This document shows positions 53,936-64,000 of a stretch of 64,000 nucleotides of DNA, piece by piece. Position 1 is the first letter of the stretch, and each line of letters starts with the position of its first letter. The position numbers and the translations under genes are program-made. The stretch is from NCBI GenBank assembly GCA_002269645.1, contig NIVC01000347.1, forward strand, positions 186,001 to 250,000. Direction: 5' to 3'. Under the pieces are notes generated by a model, which saw only the letters and a program-made list of their open reading frames with translations, did not search any database and had not been told where the DNA came from. This stretch comes from Macrostomum lignano. Taxonomy: Eukaryota.

Positions 53936-55678
53936 ATGCTAATGGGCAATGAAATGAGTCATAAAAATAATGTGACAGGCATGCATACTTTAAACTGCAT
54001 TTTTATATTTCATATCTTCCTCTTTGTGTCCGTCAGTGTGAGCAGCATTTTTACCTTCAAATTTTTGCATTGCAATTGTTTGTATACAAAATACAAATAT
54101 AGAAATCCATGTTTATTCATTTTTTTACATAGGAACTCTTTGAGAGCAAGATGTCTAACATTTAGATTGAAAAGAAAAGAAACAAGTTGACGAAATGCCA
54201 GTTGATGAAATATCTGGTCACCATATTGATAGATTGCATATATATAACATAGCTACTACACTAGCAATGTTATGAGTTTTTTTTAATTTTCTAATTGCAA
54301 ATAATCTGTAACAATGAAAAATTTGTTAAAAGCTTCAATCACCAAGACCAAAGTAATATATTTGCAATTTTATGTAGCCAACTTTTTGCTAAATAGATCA
54401 CTTTCTTTTACCAAAATGTTTAACTAAAAGTCACTTTTGCTAAAGCGTCTTGCTAAAAATTCCTTTGCCAAAATGGACTATACCCATATACCATGTACTG
54501 ATGTACATACCTTTATGTCATGTTATATGCCAATTTAAGTGAATGATGGAATTTGGAATTTAGTGAATGATTCTATAGGATAACCAAAAAACATATTGTG
54601 CTTTACTTGCTTGAGTAGGATTTGTATAATTCCATGGCATGTTATATAAATCTTTGTAATAGGCCTACTTTTAATTATAATATTAAAAGGAATTATTTTA
54701 ATATTTAAAATATTTTAATTAGGCCTATATATAGATAACACAAGTAATAGTAGCAATGCCCACCTGGCCCTGCCTGACTTAACTAGGTCTAACTAGTCTT
54801 ACACTTAAATAGGCCGCCTATTGAGATCTTATAAACTTAGGTAATAAACTAATATAAATTAAAAACTTAAAACTACATTTCGCTTTATGCCTTTAATTGC
54901 TTTTTAAACCTACATGTAGTACAACCAAGGCTAAAGGTTAAACCTACATACTTAAGCCAGTTAAAGGACTTTTGTAAAGATAACTAAGTGACTTTTGCTA
55001 TTAAACAGTTTTAAATATATATTGCAATCAAATCAAGCCATAGCCCATAGACTATTACTAACTAACTTAGACCACAACTTCCTTTTAGAAAGTTTTCAAC
55101 GAAACAGGGTACTTAAATATTTATGTGATTAAAACAAATATGCAACTAGTTTAAAAGTTTTATCTGTGTACTTTCAATAAAAGCCAATTAAATAAAAATA
55201 AAACTAACAGTCTACGTGCATACCTAAAAAATTATAATTTTTTAATATAGATATCGATAACGGTTTTTAAAGATACTCTCACTCTTATAATTGTGGTTAA
55301 CGAACTTACAATTGTCGAAAGATGCATGATGCATCATTGCATGTATGTATTAGCCTGTTAGATATTACCACCATAACGTAAGAAAAGAATTGTGTATTTA
55401 AATGATACTTGAAGACTTGCATTTTGATCTGTTTAGACCTAACAATATCTAAGTTTATTGTCTAAACTAAATTTCTCTGTACTGCTACGACACACGTGTC
55501 ACCTATTTATTTGTAATTAAATTAACTAATACTAATAGCAATGCTAGTGGCAATGGTGTTGGCCTATTCTATTCAAATAGCTTTTGGAGGTTATATTGTT
55601 GCAAGACTAAAGTGTCTATATATCATTTTATTTTGGCTTTTTATATACTAGGCCTAACCCCCCTAAAGAATGAATTCT

Positions 55679-56067
55679 GGCAATGTCCTAGGCCTACTTT
55701 CCCGCATTAAATTATTTTGACCCGATTTTCATTATTTTCAGCGTAAATCATAGCTGGACAACCTTGAGCACCTGTAAATATCCTACCTCCTACCAATTTG
55801 CGGCCATTGGTAGACCCTGTGACCTTAAAATCAATCATTGTGATTGAGAATACCATTGAAGCACTTGGGCCCACATGAAGGCAACGTTTTGTAGTCAGCA
55901 TGGCACCAATGACAACCTTTTTGACTCCCACCTTAGCAAGTTTCCCTGGCGCTAACTCTAGGGGCCTACCCAAAAATTTTAAATCTTGAATAAACTTGCT
56001 TTTGTTTGTTTGTTTCACTTATTTTGGGTCAAAAGAATAATTTAACACGGGAAACTGGGACATTGCC
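55679..56067. mobile_element. Non-autonomous DNA transposon (389 bp), Merlin-like
   Basis: Imperfect ~45-bp TIRs starting GGCAATGTCC. 8-bp TSD TGAATTCT at 55671-55678 and 56068-56075. GG termini plus an 8-bp TSD fit Merlin. Confidence 0.7.
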
Positions 56068-56715
56068 TGAATTCTTTATATACTAGGCCTCTGTAAATAT
56101 ATTTTGATAAGAATATCTAATACATCAGTTTGACCTTCCTTGTCATTGACTGCCTCTACTGATATTAACAATAATAAACATAATTAAAATAGCCAAAACC
56201 TTTTCTATATTACCTAATTTAATTTACTTGAAATACTAATAACAAATGAATTCTAATTTAAGTTAGGTCTTTTAATAAGACTTTTTATAACTTTTAATAA
56301 AGTTTTTAGTAAGATTTTGGAAGTTTAAAATTTATTATTTTTGAGATTTGTATCTAATAGATATTAGATAAAGCAGTAGTAAAAAGATAATAACAGGATC
56401 ATAAAAAAGTTTAACTTTTTAATTTTGGTTCATATGGCACTTTATGCCTATGGCACTTTTAAATAGGAAAGTTTATTGCAGAGTGTGACCTTTTATAGAA
56501 AGGTTAAGGATTTTTTTAGTTTATGAAAATAACTTTTTTAGTTATGTTGCAATGGTTTCTCCTTTATATAATCCCAATGATGCCACTAAGTTATGTTGCA
56601 ATGGTTTCTCCTTTATATAATCCCAATGATGCCACTAAGTTGTTACAGGGGTTTTGCTTCTTACTAAAATATCTATTGCTTCAACCAAGTTGTTATAGGC
56701 ATGTTTTTTTATACA

Positions 56716-59595
56716 ATCCACTTCGGTAATAGCCACTTTGGTAACAATAACAAATGATGACCACTTCAGTAACAGCCATTTTGGTAGCAGCCATTTTGGT
56801 AACAAAATGTGACCACTTCGGTAACAAGGGAGAATAACAATATATATTTTAATGTGCTTTAAGAAATGAATTCAAACAAAATTTTGAGACAGAAGTGCAA
56901 TGTATTTGACAACGATTAGCCAACAAGGATTTGGCTATCTAATAATAATAGCCAACAATAATAAAACATTGTTTTATTGTGTGTTCAATCAATTAATTTG
57001 AATTTCCAGGTGCATTTGATACAAGATATATCATAGACAAATTTTTCTAGAAGAAATATATTGTTTCTTATTTTTTTAATATATGCGCACAAAGGTTAAC
57101 ATAATAGTCAATAAGTCAGTCTAGTACATGTGAAGATATACATTTATGTACATATATAAATGTACTATAGTATTATGTATGTAAATCTTACAAGTAAATG
57201 TACAAGTAGTGCAAAATTAACTAAAAATTTAATTAAGCACAAATGCTGAAAATACTGATAAGCACAGAGTAAAGAAAAGAAATTATTATACAGTACATGT
57301 AGAAAATAAAACGAATATATTTGCTTTTAAGAAATGGTAGTGCTATCAACTTACAACAGAAAGCATTAGTAGAGTCAACATTTATATAGAAGTTTTGCAA
57401 CCCCAAGGTCTGTATGTGGCTCCAAATTTCTTGCGAGAAGTGAAAGCTACAGCCATGTCATTCAATATTTGGGAAAACAGACTTTACCACCTTCCACATG
57501 GCTGCTTCAAAGTCTATCACAAGGCTTTGAATTCAAAGTTCTGGGACAAGTTCCTTTAATTTTTGTAAGACAGCATTTTAGTCACAAGTACTCTTGTCAG
57601 ACATGAGTAGAAAAGCTAAAGGAACTTCTTTGACACTGTCACTTTGCTGGATGTACCCATGAATTATGTAGAGCTGCTGAAAAGCTCTTTAACAACAAAA
57701 AAGGTGCCGTCACCATGCCACTTTTTGCAGCATTCTAAAAGACTAAGTTGCCTATAAATGGCAAAAATAAAGTGCCGCTTGCCAGTTTTACATACCAGCA
57801 CATCAGCGCGGAGAAAGTCATCAGGAATTGCATTCTGACGTACTTCGAACTCCAAGTTAGTGGGCTCCTGTGAATGCAGAGCAGTGCGTGCACAATTAGC
57901 TACTCGTGCAAGGAGGTCGGGTCTTGGCACATTAGGAAGCTGCATAATTTGCTCCTCATTCTCGAGTACAACCTGCTCAGCGATTTCAACGGTGGGTGTA
58001 AAAAGATGCTACTTTGCTCGCTCACATGCATCATGAGTAAGCTCTCGTCTTAAAACTGGTTGAGCAACTGGCCTGCAGGTGTGAACATTTTTTCCATTAG
58101 TATATACACTGTTGCATTCAATGATGGAAGCAGCACACTGCATTTGAGCATTACAAATTGTGCAGCGCCAGTATATCCTTTCAGCCCGACTAAATTGGCA
58201 ACTATAGCTGAAGCCATCAGATTGAATGAGCAAATCTTTTTCCTTGCTCGATGATTTTGGCACTAGAGTGAATGTGATTTCTTGAGGTTCTTTAGCTACT
58301 TCTATAGTGCTATCATCATCTAAGGAGCTTTCAAAGTGTCACTAAATCTTTATCAACCTATGTTCTACATTTATAAAATCTACATTTACAAAATTATGCC
58401 TGGGTAAGGGACTTGATTAGGGATTTAAAATCTATAATATAATAATGAAGAAATAACTAAAGATTATATAATATACATGTATATTATGTCACATACTACA
58501 AGTACTAATAAAATTTTTAGATTGTTACAGTTTAAAGTTCTATATAGTTATTTACTTTTGCATCACCCACCAAATATAATATAATTATCACCCAATACAG
58601 TATAATAGGCACATATGTTATATAAAGGGTGCATATTATATAAAGGCGCAGTTATTCAAGGCTTCCTTTTAAAGGCACTTTATTGTTTACAGCTATACCT
58701 AGCTATCTCTATTTGCATACTCTTAACTCACCTGAATTGCATTCTCGGTGTTGCCTTCTTTGACAAGAATCACAAAGAAGTCCCTCCTCAGTTCTTTTCA
58801 CTCGCTATAGGCAGACAACGCACTGTGACATGTTTTTCAAAGAATTAAAAAATTGCAATCTCTTGTCTCAAGCCTTGATTCTCCACTCTATATAAAAATA
58901 AAAATAATAGTTATGCCCCATGCCAGCCACAGAAGTGGCCAAAAGGGGGGAGCATCAAATTGCGCATTTCAGAGCTAGGTCTCTAATGTGCTTCACACCG
59001 GCTGCCTGGCTAGGTGCTCGCGCATCTTCAAAAAGGTAGTCAATGTAGCGGGCTGATTGTCCCTGGCCACGCCTGCGCAGTCCCTGCAATGTCCATAACA
59101 GGATATCCTGCAGCGGCTCTGGGCAGTAAGCTTCAGCCCAGATGACATGTCCGGCAAGCCGCAGGTGCCACTGACTCAGCAGGGCAGAAGGCCGCGTCAG
59201 GCCTGTGCGCTTGTACAGGGATTTGGTTGTCTCGCTACCAGGGCCGCGGCAGGCGCCAAAACTGGCGTGGACTAGGGCCGCATGTGCCGCATCAAGCTGC
59301 GCCTCAAGCGCCCTAGTCACCGTCTAGGTCTCAGCATTATACAGCAGGGACCCTTATTACTCTATATATAACCTATCTATTTGTGTTTATACAAATTATA
59401 TTACATCCTAATCAGAAAACTTAGTGGTACTTAGCAATAAAGTATTCAACAATTTAATGATTAAATTATTATGTACTATAATAAATTAACATAAAGATAT
59501 AGTGCTGAAAGTTGTAAATCTGCATTACCAAAATGGTCAATATTTAATACCAAAGTGGCTGTTACCAAAGTGGCTGTTACCGAAATGGACAGTTA
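56716..59595 (-). mobile_element. Decayed FLYWCH-MULE (Mutator-like) DNA transposon
   Basis: Transposase remnant at ~57380-58263: YWRC..C..HTC, WHGDGTF, QLYIIHG..VPLAFLLM, VIDFEAAMW, GCSFHFSQ, with stops. Inverted subterminal repeats CCACTTTGGTAAC (56716-56830) and GTTACCAAAGTGG (59520-59595). Confidence 0.8.
58930..59352 (-). mobile_element. LINE (RTE-like) 3' fragment nested in the MULE
   Basis: SLLYNAET*TVTRALEAQLDAAH..HLRLAGHV; same family of motif as 9410-9680. Confidence 0.7.
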
Positions 59596-60355
59596 CCATT
59601 TTTATACACTAATAAATCTCACAAACTGCTACCAAAGTTGTACTAAGGACTAATGCTTTTATTCTCTAAATAATAATTTTATTACTGTTGATACCAAAGT
59701 TGTTTCTATAGTTCCTATAATGCTTGTACTTTTATTGATTATATGTATTGTATATGTTATAAGTAGCATTTGTATTTTTATTGGTAATATATACACTTTT
59801 ATTGGTAGCTTATATACTTTTCTACTGGTAGCGCATGTACTTATCTATTGGTCTAAGCAGTCTTAAGGCATTTACAAATTCATTTTTAGATGCAAAATCT
59901 TAGACACATTCTGTTCAATTCACTTTGACAAAAACTTGCATACACATTTCTAAATTGCCAAAAAATCTTTAAACCAGGTAATATTATACTTACTATTTTT
60001 TATAGAATAGATTAACTTATATTTCATGCTACTTAAAAGTAGCAATGCTTTTTTGTAGTGCACTGCCATTATAAGGAAGCAATGGTGTAGTTAAAGGCAA
60101 TACTATGGCTTACTTCTGAATTACCACATTTTTATAATTGTAGCCATAGGATCCATTTTTGCATTCATATATATTTTATTACTAGTGCATAAATTATGTG
60201 TATTCTTTTAATTTATATAGTTAAATTTTTATTATAAAAAGTGAACTAAATCCTTTTTTCATGCAAATTAATTTAGTGTTATTATTTAATTATTAAAAAC
60301 ACAAACAGCATAGCCAGACAATTTCATAATTAACAGTAAAGCTTAATTCCTTGCC

Positions 60356-62191
60356 ATGGAGGAAGAGGCTTCAAAAGCAGTTGGTTCAAGCTCTGCAGGC
60401 ATACCAGCTAGTGCTACAACAGATAATGTACCAGCGGCAATGGAAAGCAGTCAGGATACCCAAGCTGAAGTGACTGTTGCTCCTGCTACTGATGAAAGTA
60501 ATGAAGCTGGTTGTGGTTCTTCCAACTCCTGGTTGAACATGGGCTCTTGGCTGTCCTATGCTAAGGAGCAGTCAGCCACAGTCTACCAGAGCACCAGATC
60601 GCAGAGTGCCCAAGTCTGGGGCTTTGTCAAAAAAGATTTGGGAGAATTCGCATCGACTCTTAAAGCTGATACTAAAGCTGTTTATGAGCAGGTAAGATTA
60701 TTAGCGAAGGGTAATATAATCATTATCTACTGAAATGTCATGTGAGTGAGTAGCAGTGCCTACTAAAGTATCATCTGAGTGAGTAGCAGTACCTATTGAA
60801 GTATATTTGAGAGAATAGCAGTACTTACTGGAATAACATTTAAGTAAGTAGCGGTACCTACTGAAGTATCATCTGAGTGAGTAGCGGTACCTACTGAAGT
60901 ATCATCTGAGTGAGTAGCGATACCTACTGAAGTATCATCTGAGTGAGTAGCGGTACCTACTGAAGTATCATCTGAGTGAGTAGCGGTACCTATTGAAGTA
61001 TATTTGAGAGAATAGCAGTACTTACTGGAATAACATTTAAGTAAGTAGCGGTACCTACTGAAGTATCATCTGAGTGAGTAGCGGTACCTACTGAAGTATC
61101 ATCTGAGTGAGTAGCGGTACCTACTGAAGTATCATCTGAGTGAGTAGCGGTACCTATTGAAGTATATTTGAGAGAATAGCAGTACTTACTGGAATAACAT
61201 TTAAGTAAGTAGCGGTACCTACTGAAGTATCATCTGAGTGAGTAGCGGTACCTACTGAAGTATCATCTGAGTGAGTAGCGGTACCTACTGAAGTATCATC
61301 TGAGTGAGTAGCGGTACCTACTGAAGTATCATCTGAGTGAGTAGCGGTACCTACTGAAGTATCATCTGAGTGAGTAGCGGTACCTACTGAAGTATCATCT
61401 GAGAGAGTAGCGGTACCTACTGAAGTATCATCTGAGTGAGTAGCGGTACCTACTGCAGTAACAGTGAAATGTCATTAACTACTACATAAATTCTTACATT
61501 ATTCAGGTTCGCGCAAGCTCGGGAGTTGAAGGCGAAGATGGTGGCGCTAGCGAAGGCGGCGCTGGTCACCATTCTGACACTACTCAGCGACTTCGAAGCG
61601 GCCTGAGCAGCCTGGTGAGCACGGTGGCTAACGCGATGTACATTCCACCAGACGACAGCGATGAGCAGGCGCTGGTGGTCACCAAAGACGGAGAAGTGTG
61701 CGCTCACGACTGGGAGAAGAGCAGGATTGACGCTCTGAAGGCGGATCCCGCTACGTTTCTCACAGATCCCCAGGTAAATTGACATAACACATTTTTGTCA
61801 ATCTAGAAATCCTCATTTTCCCTAATTCAAAAAGTCCCCATTTTTTTCCTAAACTAGAAAGATCCTTATTTTTCCTCTAGTCAGATCGATCCCCATTCTT
61901 CCCCTAGTCAGAAAGATCCCCATTCTTCCCCTAGTCAGAAAGATCCCCATTCTTCCTCTAGTCAGAAAGATCCCCAATCTTCCCCTATCCGAGATCCCTA
62001 TTCTCCCCCAATAAAATCCCCGAACCCATTCTGCAGGGCCAACCGGAGGCATTCCTGGCCTTCCTAAGCGAATTCAACGCAGACTCTGAGCAGCAGGAAA
62101 TCTCCGAGCTGTTGATGTCATCCTCCGAGCTGCGCTCCCTCTATTCACAGCTGGTGCCCGCTGAGATGCCGCACAAGCACTTCTGGGCCAG
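60356..62191 (+). CDS. BSDC1: BSD domain-containing protein 1-like, 3'-partial; join(60356..60691,61507..61773,62037..62191), continues beyond the window
   Basis: GFVKKDLGEF, SRIDALKADPATFLTDP and BSD core EISELLMSSSELRSLYSQLVPAEMPHKHFWAR. GT-AG junctions are in phase 0, 0, then a phase-2 donor at 62192. Confidence 0.88.
60740..61455 (+). repeat. 33-bp minisatellite in BSDC1 intron 1
   Basis: AGCGGTACCTACTGAAGTATCATCTGAGTGAGT units, with a diverged two-unit block repeated three times. Confidence 0.93.
61850..62000 (+). repeat. ~32-bp tandem repeat in BSDC1 intron 2
   Basis: CTAGTCAGAAAGATCCCCATTCTTCC units. Confidence 0.8.
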
Positions 62192-62284
62192 GTTCGTTCA
62201 ACTGTCACTGACAGGCCCTCAAATTTTCATCCTACGTAATTCTCTTAACTGAAAAAATTCCTAAGAGTATTCAAATCCCTAGCC

Positions 62285-64000
62285 TTCAAAATCCCAAATC
62301 CTCAACTGTAGGATACCAAAAATCCCCAACTGGAGAATTCCCCAAATCCACAACTGGAGAATCCCCCAAATCCTCAACTGAAGAATCCCCCAAATCCCCA
62401 ACTGGAGAATCCACAAAACCCCTAACTGGAGAATCCCCGAAACCTGCAAATGGAGAATCCCCCAAATCCCCAACTGGAGAATCCCCAAAATCCCCAACTG
62501 GAGAATCCCAACTAGAGAATCCCCAACTGGAGAATCCCCAACTGGAGAATCCCCAACTGGAGAATCCACAAAACCCCTAACTGGAGAATCCACAAAACCC
62601 CTAACTGGAGAATCCCCGAAACCTGCAAATGGAGAATCCCCCAAATCCCCAACTGGAGAATCCCCGAAACCTGCAAATGGAGAATCCCCCAAATCCCCAA
62701 CTGGAGAATCCCCAAAATCCCCAACTGGAGAATCCCAACTAGAGAATCCCCAACTGGAGAATCCCCAACTGGAGAATCCTCAAAATCCCCAACTGAAGAA
62801 TCCCCAAAATCCCCAACTGGAGAATCCCCAAAATCCCCAACTGGAGAATCCCCAAAATCCCCAACTGGAGAATCCACAAAATCCCCAACTGGAGAATCCC
62901 CAAAATCCCCAACTGGAGAATTCCCCAAATCCACAACTGGAGAATCCCCTAAATCCTCAACTGAAGAATCCCCCAAATCCCCAACTGGAGAATCCTCAAA
63001 ATCCCCAACTGGAGAATCCCCAAAATCCCCAACTGGAGAATTCCCCAAATCCACAACTGGGGAATCCCCCAAATCCTCAACTGAAGAATCCCCCGAATCC
63101 CCAACTGGAGAATCCACAAAACCCCTAACTGGAGAATCCCCGAAACCTGCAAATGGAGAATCCCCAAAATCCCCAACTGGAGAATCCCAACTAGAGAATC
63201 CCCAACTGGAGAATCCCCAACTGGAGAATCCTCAAAATCCCCAACTGGAGAATCCCCAAAATCCCCAACTGGAGAATCCACAAAACCCCTAACTGGAGAA
63301 TCCCCGAAACCTGCAAATGGAGAATCCCCCAAATCCCCAACTAGAGAATCCCCAAAATCCCCAACTGGAGAATCCCAACTAGAGAATCCCCATTTGGAGA
63401 ATCCTCAAAATCCCCAACTGGAGAATCCCCAAAATCCCCAACTGGAGAATCCTCAAAATCCCCAACTGGAGAATCCCCAAAATCCCCAACTGGAGAATCC
63501 ACAAAACCCCTAACTGGAGAATCCCCGAAACCTGCAAATGGAGAATCCCCCAAATCCCCAACTAGAGAATCCCCAAAATCCCCAACTGGAGAATCCTCAA
63601 AATCCCCAACTGGAGAATCCCCAAAATCCCCAACTGGAGAATCCACAAAACCCCTAACTGGAGAATCCCCGAAACCTGCAAATGGAGAATCCCCCAAATC
63701 CCCAACTAGAGAATCCCCAAAATCCCCAACTGGAAAATCCCAACTAGAGAATCCCCAACTGGAGAATCCTCAAAATCCCCAACTGGAGAATCCCCAAAAT
63801 CCCCAACTGGAGAATCCCCAAAATCCCCAACTGGAGAATCCCCAACTGGAGAATCCTCAAAATCCCTAACTGGAAAATCCCCGAAACCTCCAACTGGAGA
63901 ATCCCCCAAATCCCCAACTGGAGAATCCCCGAAACCTGCAAATGGAGAATCCCCAAAACCTCCAACTGGAGAATCCTCAAAATCCCCAACTGGAGAATCC
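62285..64000 (+). repeat. Compound minisatellite (CCCCAACTGGAGAATCCCCAAAAT-like) in BSDC1 intron 3
   Basis: Runs to the window end. Confidence 0.95.

Noticed and set aside
54380-54487. Possible MULE-like right terminus (TTTGCCAAAATGGACTATACCC)
   Set aside because: No matching left terminus or TSD was found.
56541-56642. 49-bp tandem duplication
   Set aside because: A simple two-copy local duplication with no further structure.

Overview
Eukaryotic (metazoan) genomic DNA, extremely rich in micro- and minisatellites, with GC-rich polyQ-containing exons. The style suggests a free-living flatworm such as Macrostomum (inference only). Four spliced protein-coding genes can be assembled by hand with in-phase GT-AG junctions: an ALKBH3-like dioxygenase (+, 5'-partial), a complete TASK-type two-pore K+ channel (+, 5 exons), a complete ATF2/ATF7-like zinc-finger/bZIP factor (-, 3 exons) and a BSDC1-like protein (+, 3'-partial). 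Most ORFs in the supplied track are translations of tandem repeats. Decayed mobile elements include non-LTR RT fragments, a mariner with a nested hAT-type MITE, a second copy of that MITE, a Merlin-like MITE and a FLYWCH-MULE with a nested LINE fragment. The most interesting structure is a 2.98-kb head-to-tail multimer (19470-22450). It carries three identical minimal type I hammerhead ribozymes of the Penelope/retrozyme kind and is bracketed by a ~3.15-kb direct duplication of host DNA. Also notable: a foldback-like inverted pair of 28-bp arrays, and the same 28-mer in sense orientation just after the stop codons of two unrelated genes. Repeat boundaries are approximate. No database searches were run.
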